The notes under the pieces: generated by a model | The model's database searches: none | Told to the model about the DNA's origin: nothing | The model's input: only the letters and a program-made list of their open reading frames with translations | Part shown: positions 1 to 10,706 of the stretch, one piece after another | How the letters are laid out: every line of letters starts with the position of its first letter | How positions within the stretch are numbered: position 1 is the first letter of the stretch | NCBI GenBank assembly: GCA_002269645.1 | Contig: NIVC01002691.1 | Span: 1-64,000, forward strand | Source of the DNA: Macrostomum lignano | Lineage: Eukaryota | Length of the DNA: 64,000 nt | Direction of reading: 5' to 3' | Position numbers and translations under genes: made by a program

Positions 1-38
1 TCGAAAGAATCCGAAAGAGGAATTAATCATTAATTTGA

Positions 39-404
39 CTGCCACCAGTTTGATGTACTATTATAAAAGAGAAAGGGGAACCTACCACCATCTTGGCGCA
101 TTACCAAAGAAAAGAAAAGGAGGATCAGCCACCATTTTGAGAGAGGTTGCTAGGGAAAACTGCCACCAATTGTACATTAACAGGGAAGAGAAAGAGGGAA
201 CCCGTCACCAATTAGAGTGGATTGCCCGGGAAACTGCCACTTTGCCCTTCTACCAGAGGAGAGGAAGACGAAAAACTGCCATCACTTAGAGGTGTATCAT
301 TAAAAGAAGGCGGGGAAGAAGGCTACCACTACTTGATCACCTAGAGCTCAAGGGAAGGAGAGGGAATGAAGAAAGGAAGAAACCCCCAGGAAGGCCACTA
401 CCAC
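39..404 (-). repeat. Array of about 8-9 degenerate PBS-like motifs (plus strand CTGCCACCA) separated by purine-rich spacers
   Basis: ctgccacca at 39 and 160, ctaccacca 82, cagccaccattttga 126, ccgtcacca 202, ctgccac 234, ctgccatca 276, ctaccacta 323; spacing about 32-47 nt. Confidence 0.7.
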
Positions 405-492
405 ACGCCATAAAGTTAAAATCCCCATCTATCTACATCCTAATACCCGGCTAGTTCCCTACTTCTATTTCATCCCTTAAATTCATTTTCAG

Positions 493-899
493 GATTCCGG
501 CCGCTAGTAGCCGAGCCCATCCTTGAAGAGGAGTCCGACTACGAAGCGCCCGAAGACAGCCATTCAGAGCCGGACGCCCCCTCTGATTCTGGGCCGGCTG
601 CGCCATCTGGTGACATAGGCGCCGCGGCTCCCGGGCCATGCGACCGCCGGGCCGCCAGCGAACCAGCGTCCGGGGCCGGTTGGCATCCGGTACCACCGCC
701 GTTGTCAGCCCGAGCGCACGCTCCGCCGCCGGTCGCCGCGGTGACGCCCGTGGCTGCCGCTCCACAGCCCTTGCCAACCCCTGTGGTGGAGACCGACGGC
801 TCCTGGCATTTGGTCGTGCTGTCGACGGCCCTAATAGCCGGTCTCACAATGCACTGGCTACTGCTCTTGGAGCTATTTCTGCGGCTTCCCAACTGCTGA
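493..899 (+). CDS. Putative terminal exon antisense to the LTR element: acidic/Pro-Ala-rich segment with C-terminal hydrophobic anchor (about 134 aa)
   Basis: Acceptor ttaattcattttcAG at 491-492; frame open from 495 (FRPLVAEPILEEESDYEAPED...WHLVVLSTALIAGLTMHWLLLLELFLRLPNC*); GC-rich block; ATTAAA near 1082. Confidence 0.5.
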
Positions 900-1485
900 T
901 GCTGGTGGTTCTTAATGCTTACTTACTAATTCTGAACTATCTGTCCCCATAACTTGACTTTAATTACTTACCTGACTTTACATTGACTAAACCACTGGCC
1001 TACTCTAAACTAATTGCTGCCCCATTTGCCTGATAAACTTAATTACATTGAATGCCCCCCCTATTGCCTCATCGAAACCAATTAAAAGTTTCCCAAAATC
1101 GGACTTTCACAAAGTGTGAACAAACACACGAAATCAGACCTAAAGGTGCTAATTTCCTACGGTCCCAGACTTCCATTGTTCCCAGAAAATCTTAAACAGC
1201 GGGGCAGGACCTCCTGTGGAGCAGACCCATAGAAATTTTACTAGTTTCCAAGTTAATATTTACTGATAGGGAATTAACGCATACTGTACGGGCCTAATTT
1301 TCGAGCTAAAATCTTAGATATTTAAACAACACCAACGAGCACGAGGTCACAACATAAATTCGAGTAATAGAGGGCATACGTAAATACGCGAAAAGCGGTC
1401 TCCAACGGGGCAACACGAGCAAAATTTCGACACGCGAATCGGGGGGGGGAATTAAGCAATCACTGGCTAGCTACCGATCTGTTAC

Positions 1486-2010
1486 TCAGCGGGGGTCGAA
1501 TGGGAGACTCACACCTAGCAAGTAAACCTTTTCTGTTCGATAGTCTATGATAGCATGCGTACTGGCTAGAAAAGCACTACCCAGGAGGGAAACTGCTGCT
1601 GAATTGCCAACGACCAGAAAGAGGATTCTCACCTCTTCTAGCCCAATAACTGCTGTGAGGGTGGCCTGGCCTAGCATCTCTAATTCATTGCCCGTGTAGG
1701 ACACGGCCTTCACACATGGGGGCTCCAGGGCCTCCACACTCTGTCCGGTAATTTTAGTAAAGTCTTTGACTGTTAGCAAAGACAGCGCACTGCCCCCATC
1801 TACCAGGAGGCGGGTGGGAACATTCTCAATTGGCAACTCTACAACAATATCTCTCCCGCGTTGTCCTCTAGCTGGTCTTGGCTGATAGAAATCGGGTACC
1901 TTCTCAAATCTAAACTTCTTGCTGGGCGGACGTGGCAGGTTAAGCTGGGCCCTAGAGAGGGAACGGGGCTGAGTTCGGGCCGGGCCATTCAGCCCTCCCA
2001 CGGGTTTCCC
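1486..2010 (-). CDS. Retroviral-type aspartic protease domain, reached by -1 frameshift from gag
   Basis: LLVDGGSALSLL active-site-like motif, VSYTG flap-like segment and LLGSAFL motif; frame is -1 relative to gag; the ORF stops right after the domain. Confidence 0.8.
   Translation of the reverse strand, partial: GKPVGGLNGPARTQPRSLSRAQLNLPRPPSKKFRFEKVPDFYQPRPARGQRGRDIVVELPIENVPTRLLVDGGSALSLLTVKDFTKITGQSVEALEPPCVKAVSYTGNELEMLGQATLTAVIGLEEVRILFLVVGNSAAVSLLGSAFLASTHAIIDYRTEKVYLLGVSLPFDPR
1948..2010 (-). promoter_or_regulatory. -1 programmed ribosomal frameshift signal: G GGA AAC slippery heptamer plus downstream stem/pseudoknot
   Basis: Minus-strand GGGAAAC at 2010-2004, in gag codon phase (TCG GGA AAC); 8-nt spacer; stem GGGCTGA (1995-1989) / TCAGCCC (1972-1966); loop GGCCC (1986-1982) can pair with GGGCC (1952-1948). 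Confidence 0.8.
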
Positions 2011-3434
2011 GAACCCGGGGGCTCTTCAGGCGTGGAAGGAGGAGGCATCAGAGCTTGCGCGCGCAGCTGGGCGAGCCTCTCCTGCCTCTCCCTGGTAGCC
2101 TCGTCTAACATATCTCTGCCCCACTCCTCTAAATCTTGCCTATGGCGATCAGGTGGCGCACGAAGCTGCAATTGCTGCTGCTGCACACCCGGCGCCGGCG
2201 GCGTGGGCGCCTCCTGAATTGCAAGCGGCGGGGGCTGGGGTTGGCGCCAGTTCCTACTGCTATTAGAGCCGCCCTGCCCCTGCCTCCAGTTCCTGTTGGG
2301 AGTGGCGGGGCGAGGGGGCCTCATCTGCTGGGGCAGCTGGGCAACAGACTCTGCTGTCGCCTTCATAGTTTCATTGAGCTGCACCAGCTGGTTGCGCAGA
2401 TCCTTTTGCGTTTGCTCTAGCGCGCCCAACCTCTCTTGCATCTCTGATAGGCCGTCACCGTCCTCCTCCGTCTCGTCAGCTTCCTGGTTCACCATCCTGA
2501 CCCACTTGCGAGGGGGCCTGGGTGGCTGCTGAGGTTGCAGACGGACTTCGGTGCGGGACTCAGACCTGGGCGGGCCACTACTGTCCCATTTCCCGGCTAA
2601 GTCTGCGGCTTCTAACAGGGCTTGCTGCTGTTCTAACACCTGCTCAATTGTCTGCCAGCGACGGCTCAACAGATCTTGTCTGACCTGGCGGGGGAGCTTA
2701 GCGTGTTCCAAGTAGGTGTACACGATTTCTTGTTCTCTCTGCTCACCCTGAATCTGAGGAAACATGGCCGTTATCTGAGATCTTATCATAGCAGCAAAAG
2801 CACTATGTGATTGGCCGGGTTTCTGGCTCAGATTCTTCAGCTTATTTCTCTTAGCCAGATCAGTGTTGGCCTCGCCCAACTGCTCTCCTAATCTAGATAC
2901 GAACTGCTCAAAGGGCAATTGCCCGTCCAATCCTAAGGCTAAGTTCTGAAATTCACCTGGGAGGTGCGAGATGAGCACCTGCTTCCTAGCCTGATCTCCT
3001 ACAGTTCTCTCCGCGTCCAGCTTGTAGATCATTCTCTCTACCCATTGCACAAAACAGTGTTCGCCGGGAGAGAACTTTTCTACGTAGATTTTCGGCCTCT
3101 GGGCGTCTTGGCCCATGTTTAGCTGGTTAAACGCATTGGCTATAGCGGCAACTAAGTCTCCTAGCTGCGGGACTGCCTGAGGAGGATTCTGGGCTGCGTC
3201 CGGGGGAGCAGCGGCGGCTGCTGCGCCACCCTGATTGGGAGCGGGAGCTGCTACTCCTTCATCTGGTTCCTCAACTACTACTGCTTCTGGAGGCTGAGGG
3301 ACCTGGTTACCAGCGGCTGCGGCCATTGCGGCTGCGGGGGCGGCAACTGCTGGGGTGTCAGCGGCCGAGGGTGGTTGACCAGGGGCGTCTGCGCACACAG
3401 CTTCTACGACCCTATCTCCACGCGCCCGTGACAT
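1989..3434 (-). CDS. gag: Ty3/Gypsy Gag (capsid-like) protein, 481 aa, no zinc knuckle
   Basis: Intact ORF; retrotransposon-gag-like core (PKIYVEKFSPGEHCFVQWVERM...LKNLSQKPGQSHSAFAAMIR), coiled coil and low-complexity flanks; lies between PBS and protease. Confidence 0.85.
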   Translation of the reverse strand: MSRARGDRVVEAVCADAPGQPPSAADTPAVAAPAAAMAAAAGNQVPQPPEAVVVEEPDEGVAAPAPNQGGAAAAAAPPDAAQNPPQAVPQLGDLVAAIANAFNQLNMGQDAQRPKIYVEKFSPGEHCFVQWVERMIYKLDAERTVGDQARKQVLISHLPGEFQNLALGLDGQLPFEQFVSRLGEQLGEANTDLAKRNKLKNLSQKPGQSHSAFAAMIRSQITAMFPQIQGEQREQEIVYTYLEHAKLPRQVRQDLLSRRWQTIEQVLEQQQALLEAADLAGKWDSSGPPRSESRTEVRLQPQQPPRPPRKWVRMVNQEADETEEDGDGLSEMQERLGALEQTQKDLRNQLVQLNETMKATAESVAQLPQQMRPPRPATPNRNWRQGQGGSNSSRNWRQPQPPPLAIQEAPTPPAPGVQQQQLQLRAPPDRHRQDLEEWGRDMLDEATRERQERLAQLRAQALMPPPSTPEEPPGSGNPWEG

Positions 3435-5782
3435 GTGAATGCCGGATAGCTGGGGGAGTACCCACTACCGGGAAGGAAAAGAAAAGAAAACCGGGGCAAC
3501 TACAGGTAAAGACCGAAAAGTTGATCCGAAACACACAAACACACTCACACACACACAACACAGACAAAACCACACACTTGCGGCGTCGAAGAAAACAAAT
3601 TGAAAAACGGGTGGCTCCACATAATTCCATTTAGGCAGTCCTAACGGCTTCACTCGGCAAAGCACACTGACTCAAACTGCGGCTACCACTACCAGTTGTC
3701 TATGGCACATCCTGACAGGGAAAAATTGGCTATTCAGAGAGACTTGACCTTCATTTTGCGGCCATGCTAGGGAACCCAAATGCCGACCGTAAACGGACTT
3801 ACGGCACCTGTACAAATTCTCCCCTAGGGTTGCGCGCCGGACCCCATTTCCTTAAGAAAGCTACTACGAAGAAGCGTTGGCGCCTGGACCCAAAAACCCA
3901 AGTGGCGGGAGCAATCCCCATGGAGGTCCTCCCACTTTACTGCCCTTGCACAGCCGGAAAACCGTCGGAGTCCAGTGGGGCTTCCACCTCAGGACTACCA
4001 ATCTTGTACACGCAGCTTCACAAAAGGCGGGAATCCAGCTCCCCTACGTCTAGCAGAATCCACAAAAACCAAGACCTCCCCTTCTGTTCAGAGCGAAGGC
4101 GCGCAGCGGGAGTCCAGACTAAACTGTCCCCGAAGTTTTCAGGTTAGGCGGATTACAAGCCTGAAACTCTCGCCCGCTTTCCTAGGATAAACAGACCTAA
4201 GTGAGTATCTTCCTGAAATGCTTGCCCCTCCGATACTCCACCTTTGCTGCAGCTCGAAATAGCATACTTGGGACCTTTATCTGATGGCGGAGAAAGTCCT
4301 ACAGTTGTCAGCCTCTCCACTTTACTGTACTTGAACGCCCGGTTCTACCAGGAGACAGCGGTACCTCCATCTAGGTTATTCCAAGTTGCCAGAGACGTCA
4401 ACCCGTCTTATTGACCTTGCGGGGCACTGGGGTGGCACTCTATGTACCGGGGCTTTACATTAGGGGACTGCATGCAACCCTGCGTCTAAGCGCTTAGTGG
4501 GCTGCAGTGGCCAGAGGGGAAAAGAGTTGCGCAATAGCGCCTTCCTGGGCCAGGCTGACAAGTCGGGCAGGAGCGCCGTTCTACCGGGTCGGGCTGATTG
4601 GCACACCCACCTCCCCTATCAGACTGACAGCAGGGGGGAGGAATTACTAAAGGAGGAGAATGCAGCAGGAAACATTACGAGATCACTGGGGGCCACCAGA
4701 CTTCCAGTACACCATTCCAATACTCACTGAACTCCACTATCAATAGGATACTATGGGATCTACTATTTCCAGCCACTGCACCAGCCCAAATGCAACCAAA
4801 GCAGTTACTACCGGGTCTGCAATACAGTGGGGAGAGTCAGCAGACACGTTGGGATCGAATCCCAGCCATGAAGGCACCAGGGGTTACCGCAGAATTCAGG
4901 TCCGGGCTGATCGCAGGTATTCCATAGGAGGTGACACTTTTTTTAGCCCGAGATTTTTGAGTCACACTGATACCCTACAGAGATACAATCACACCGCTAT
5001 TCCCATTCCTGCGAGACTTTGGTATCCCCCAATGTTTCCAAGGCCATGACTACTGCTTCCCTTACTATGCATATATAGCGAGTTCCCCATAGCCCTTGAT
5101 AGCTGTTCATTCTAATGGACAAACAAAACACGCTCCGGTCTCTACGCATTTCTAGGATTAACTGAGCGATCAGGGAGAGCGACTGTTACACTCCCCCGAG
5201 TAAAAGAAAGAGGTAGGACAAAGGAAAGAATGCTTCGCTTCCAGCTTCCCTGTGCTTGCGTGATGAGGCTTCCGTACCTGGCTGGCTGTCCACCTCAACA
5301 CTCACACAGTTCTGCTGTAGGCTAGGCGAGAGAAAGAAAGGGAGGGGAAATAAAGCATATTACCATGAAATAGAAAGTGAGTCCGGAAAATTCACTTTCG
5401 CAGTTCTTCACACACTCCGTTACCAGGTAGCTATTCTGATTGTAATCAAATCCGCTCGTCTACCACTTCACACTTTCTAGCGCTGAAACTGATCGGCTAA
5501 ATTAATTTTAAATTGAATCAGGGGCTTTTGGCGAATGAATGAATTTGGAAATTTCGAATGAATTGAACGAATTCGCAGCCCGAAAAATTTGAAAAGTTAC
5601 ATTAATATTTTTGGATTTTGTTGCCTCACGCCATGGGAGAAGAGAATGACGATTGGCGATTTTTACGATTGGTAGATTTAGACATGGCACTCTTTGCGCT
5701 TCGGCCACCATTCTGAGGGATGCCACAGGTGCGCTTGTCACATCTAAACCACCAGTCCGAAACTCAGCGCTGTTTGCACCAG

Positions 5783-5800
5783 ATCCCACCGCTGCCACCA
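5783..5800 (-). promoter_or_regulatory. Primer binding site for tRNA-Leu
   Basis: Minus strand TGGTGGCAGCGGTGGGAT (18 nt) is complementary to the 3' end of eukaryotic tRNA-Leu (...AATCCCACCGCTGCCA-CCA); lies 6 nt from the LTR end. Confidence 0.85.
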
Positions 5801-5806
5801 TTTTGA

Positions 5807-8016
5807 TGTAACCGCCCTTGTCGCCTGTCCGCTCCGTAGAGAGACGAACGCATGACTAGAGGGGGCAATGACCGTAGGCTGCCTATGACCGGGCAATGAC
5901 CTGACGGACCTCCAGCACCAGACTGTCCCGCCCACATGATTAGTAGCTTTGGTAGCGCTTCGTGACCAGAGGGCCAAGGACCCACATGGACCCCACCTGT
6001 AGCCAAGGTGCAATAGTTGGTCACTCGGTCATAGTATGACCGAGTGGCTGCCACCACTCTATGTGACCTGGCGCACCTGGATCTTTCTACCAGACCTCTC
6101 GAGGCTAGAGCCCCGCCTGGATTGGTTACCAGGGGATTTAGGCTAACAGGGGAGACGCATGCAGCCGAGTACAGGGACTCTGCTTGGGGCATGATCGGGA
6201 ACTCTGGGCTCAATCCTGGAGGATTTCTCAGCAGGGGATCCTTTGTGGCTGTGAGCGAGGCTGACTTGCGACTTTGATTACTAAGAGTAGTATGAGGCGA
6301 ACATGTACTGTCTACAGTTTAGATTGCTCAGGGCGAAGGGACGCGTTAGCATGGGGTTGCAACCTTCCTACTGCCATGCTGTGCCAAGACTCGCTAATCC
6401 CTCTACTGCACGCACACGCGGCCCCGCAGCACGCACTCACAGGCGGGCTTTGCACGGGGAGAGGCCATTAGCTTACCCAAACTTCCTTATGCTTTGCCAC
6501 CCCGGGAGAAAGGCTTAGCAAGCCATGAGTGAAATGATGGTGAAAGATTGAATAATGATGAAGTTAGTTAATAGTTAATAATTAGGCCCTTAGGCAAATA
6601 AGCAGGCAATCAGGCGGCTTCACTATTGAGTAAAATACAGCAAAAGATACGGTATCACAATTGGCTCAGCTCTCTAATCAGACAATGGAAAATAGGCAAA
6701 CCCCGGATAAGCAAAGGCAATTAGAGCACAAATTAGTAGCAGGAACTTACCGGCAGCTGCACAGAGAGAGAGAGAGGCGGAGTGACCGAGGGCGGCTGTA
6801 GGCTGCAGTCAGGCAGACGGTGAAGCGGCGATGCGCTGGAGCGACGAGGCGCTGATGTAGATCAGGCGATGCTGATGATGCTGGGCGGTATCAGACCGCT
6901 GGCCGATAGGCGAGCTCACTTGGGGAGCTAAGGATAACTTGGCGGTAACAGACCGCGGCCGGCAGGGATTCGTCTTATAGACGAATGGGTCAGAACTCAA
7001 TCTGACAGCAAGTCCAAAGAAGGACGAGGAGAGGAACAGAGATAAACTCAGTTGAGTATTCTCATGCCGAAATCGCTTCCTTTTATAGACCTCACAGCCG
7101 CCTCCTCAAGGTCGTTACCATGGCTCCCTCTCTCTGATTGGCTGCCGGCAGAATGACGTCAGAATGAGTCATGATGAGAAGCATGAGACCGGCATAGCAA
7201 CATGAGAAATCGGGAAATTGCGCAATCCGGAGGTGGGGTGGGGGGATAATTGGCGCAGCGGGTGGTCGCGAAAGTGTTGCGCAAGCAAACATTGAGAACA
7301 ATAGGGCTGGGGTCGAGAACAAAGGAATTGGAAATCGGGGATAATTGGGGAAAACTGAGAACAATGGAAAAGTAAACATTGGAGAAAAGGTGATAATTAG
7401 GTGCGAAAACGAGAACAAAAGAAAGAGAAAATCGGAGAAAATGTGATAATTGGTGGGGTCGAGAGAACAAAAGAAGCAAAAACGAGAACAATAGAAGCGG
7501 AGGTGGGGTGGGTGTCACATGAGAAATTTGGGAAGGAGAACAATAGCGTGAGAAAAGGTTGCGCAAGAGAGGGGGATGAGTCATCGATGAGTCACCGAGG
7601 GGGAGAAGGGGTCACACGACTTGCGTCACCGTTTGGGAGTTTGAGAGGGGATGGGGAGACGGTGAGCACACAAAGTACTGTAAGTAGACACAGGGAAAGA
7701 GGGGACAGCGCAGGAAAAGAGTGCAGAGGGAGACAAAAAAAGGGAGGAGGTAGAGAAAGTACAGGAAGAATAGGGCGGGAACAGAAGAGATAGGGTAGAG
7801 GGGGAGGTACAGAAAGGGGTAGGGGCTCCGGAAAGGCAGGTGTGGCGGCAGGAGAGACGGGACCAAGGCAGCAGGAGGGGTGCAGCAGATCGGGAGTCTC
7901 CAGGCCCGGTCGGAGACCTGGCCGAGTCTCGACAGCTCTGTGCAGAGGGTGCACGGGATAGGAGGCACTTTCAAAAAAGTTCCCATGCCCTATCCTGCGA
8001 CCAGAGCGTGGTTACA
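5807..8016 (-). repeat. 5' LTR, 2210 bp
   Basis: 7-bp inverted termini TGTAACC/GGTTACA; adjacent PBS; internal promoter motifs. Confidence 0.85.
7081..7171 (-). promoter_or_regulatory. LTR U3 core promoter: TATA, CCAAT, CRE, AP-1
   Basis: TATAAAA (7087-7081), CCAAT (7141-7137), TGACGTCA (7154-7161) and TGAGTCA (7165-7171), in the order expected for minus-strand transcription. Confidence 0.6.
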
Positions 8017-8524
8017 TCATATACCTATATTTCACGTTTTTATTATATATCCACGTCTGTACTATACTGGACAAATAACTTCATTGTTATTTATTGAATT
8101 ATCTGGTACCAGACAAATAATAACTGCCAAAAGGCAAAAAAATGAAAGTGAGAAGGTTGAAAAGAAATAGAAGAAAATGAAAAGAAAACTGAAAAGAGGA
8201 AAAGGATTTTTAGCAATCTAAAAAATTCTCAATTTCTTAAATCTTATTTCAAATTTTTTTACAAAAGTCAAGATTTCTTGAGACAAGATTAAAAAATAAT
8301 GTCAAGATCTTATCTTGAATCTCATCTCGTTGAGATTTCATGACACCTCTAATTCCAACATTGGAACATATTTTCAAATCTAATGGCTATGGATCTGGCA
8401 GTGCCTTTATAATATAGATAGAACATTATATTTTTCTTTCTACAGTAGTACAGGTGGCTGATATTAGGATTTTGTTCTAGATAAGACTCAAGACAATATT
8501 ATAAGTCATGTTCTGCCATAAGGA

Positions 8525-9143
8525 GGGTCCATTTACTGTAGCCATAGCTGTAAGCAAAACTATGGCTTATTCTAATTCTTCATACTCCATAGCCATAGAG
8601 ACCCCGAAATTACCATATTTCCATAGTTCCTATAGCCATAGCCATAGTTTTAACAAAAAGTCTAGAAAACAAAATATTTTGAATTAAGAAGATAACCTAG
8701 TGCTTAAACAACTGCAAATTAAGTTAGAAAATAAAAGAAACACTCGATTGCCTTTGTAAGATTATATTTTGTCTTTTTTTAAAGCAACAATACTTAATTG
8801 TTACTGAAAGTACTAAAACTAAACTTTTTCACATTAATAAAAATTAGAGTTTGCTAGTGTTTTATTGTTATATTTTATAAGTTTCCAGGTTGTTAATACA
8901 GTTTACTAAAAGTATCTTTGTTTTACTTTACCTGTTTCTAATATTTTTCAATTTTTTAACATTAATAACTACAGCTATGTGAATCTACAGAATGTGACAG
9001 CAACTACCATATTTCCGTAGGCCTAGTCATAGCCATAAGAGCAGCTAGCTACCATAGGCATATCCATAGCTACCATAGGCACCTATTTTTATATATATTC
9101 GCCATAGAATCCCATAGCCGTAGCTATGGCTATAGTGGAACAC
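8525..9143. mobile_element. Old MITE-like element with degenerate (CCATAG-rich) inverted ends
   Basis: actgtagccatagc near 8535 versus gctatggctatagt near 9125; CCATAG-rich subterminal repeats; no TSD seen. Confidence 0.3.
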
Positions 9144-10327
9144 CAATTATAATATTTGAAACAAGATAGACCTACTTTTAGTCCATAGTCAGGATGATAT
9201 ACATTACGCTGGAAATTTCTAGCATACAATTGAAAATTTTACTTTTTTGGATACAATTGGCGTAAAAAATGAGGCAAAATATATTTGGCGTTCTTTTTGG
9301 CATGATGCCGTGGTGTAAATATGCCAAGCAATGTACACTAACTCCAACCTTCATGCCAAAGTTAATATTAACAATTGTTGGCATAACGCCGTAACCTCAG
9401 AATCTTATTATAAAATCATAAAAACCATAAAACTCGTAAGATGAAAGTTCATAACTCTTCGTGATTTATAAAAATTTAAAATTCCACGCAAACTAATCGT
9501 GTTAATTTTCTAAAAAAACTTAAACAAAAAATTGATTTTTTTTGGCATTATCTGTAAGCCAATTTACTTTAAATGAAAACCACACATTTGTTAAATTTTT
9601 ATTGTTAAAAATGTGTAACATGCAAAAAAGGTCATTTATTGTTGCAAAGTTTAGAAAACCTGGCGTAAGTTCCTAGGACCTTGGCGTACGTTTCAGTATG
9701 AAGTGGCATAGATTTTTTAGGGGACTTTTTATTCTGGCATATACCATGACATGATCCTGACTACAGCTTCTAGTGTTTAAACTTCTTAAAGATATGTTCT
9801 TAGTAGTCTTTTATATGCTTCTATATGGCACTACTGGATCCATAATGGGTTCGGGTGCCAGAAAATGGGTTCCGGTGCCAGAAATCCAACCATTACTATG
9901 CTGCATATAGGTAGCCTGCCTCTGAAATAAAAAAAATATCAAAATCAACAAAAAACCTAGAAGGAAAATAGTAGTAAATTAATTATCATCATTTAATATT
10001 TAAAAAGCCTGTATTTATTATTAAAGTTGACTAGGATGAAAACACACTAGTAGGATGCTTTTAGAAATTTAGCTGCAATTTGGAGGCTTTTAATCTATGT
10101 TTCGTAAAACTCACATTGTCATTTTCCAAATACATTCTGGGTACTGGGTAGACCACGGTATGAATTGATAGGTACTGCCAGATATAAATTTAAACGACGC
10201 AACTTGAACCTGAATAAGAAGAAAAAACGATATACAATAAACCTGAAAGTTAGTTAAACTCGTAGACTGACTTACTTACAACATATATGCATGGCTCGAA
10301 CTCGAACACCTGTCATTTTCGAAGAAA

Positions 10328-10706
10328 GGGTCTCACTAAAACACGCACCGCACCGCCCCGAACCGCTACACATTATAACATTTTTTGTCAATGCAGTATT
10401 TAATTGCAAGGAAAAATATTTGTTGTAAGAGTAATGGAATAAATATATTTAATTATTATTATACATATTATTATAATTTTTTATATTCTCGTTTTCACTA
10501 TTAAATTATTTAATTATTATTTTAATAATAATTGTTATTAATATCGCTAATTATTCACCAAATTTTATATTTCAAATAAAAAACTAAATTTAATAAAAAT
10601 TTTGAAGCTTAACAGAAAACGCATTTTTTAGTGTCTTCAGTTATAGTCCAATTTGTTTTAATGTGTAGCGCTGCAGGGCGGTGCGGGGCGTGTTTTAGAG
10701 AGACCC
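10328..10706. mobile_element. Mutator-like MITE, 379 bp
   Basis: About 48-bp imperfect TIRs (GGGTCTCACTAAAACACGC...GCGTGTTTTAGAGAGACCC); perfect 9-bp TSD TCGAAGAAA at 10319-10327 and 10707-10715; AT-rich interior. Confidence 0.8.

Larger units (their letters stand above)
1..8016 (-). mobile_element. Ty3/Gypsy-like LTR retroelement, gag-protease only (non-autonomous); 3' end lies left of the window
   Basis: LTR 5807-8016 has TGTAACC...GGTTACA inverted termini; tRNA-Leu PBS at 5783-5800; gag 3434-1989; protease 2010-1486; no RT/RNaseH/integrase ORF between the protease stop and position 1; abrupt switch to AT-rich host DNA after 8016. Confidence 0.88.

Noticed and set aside
35-289. 84-aa plus-strand ORF
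   Set aside because: Translation of the purine-rich motif array; no domain features.
4845-4870. GGGATCGAATCCC as a tRNA T-arm
   Set aside because: Isolated hairpin without cloverleaf or A-box context.
5764-6213. Apparently conserved peptide shared with ORF 60115-60423 (PEFPI, YSAAC, HRVVAA, ALPK)
   Set aside because: The nucleotide alignment has 2-, 4- and 2-nt indels that shift the frame between blocks; the similarity is LTR DNA homology, not coding constraint.
9186-9762. TAGTCAGGAT inverted pair as a MITE
   Set aside because: Only about 10 bp of clear match and no TSD; too weak to call.
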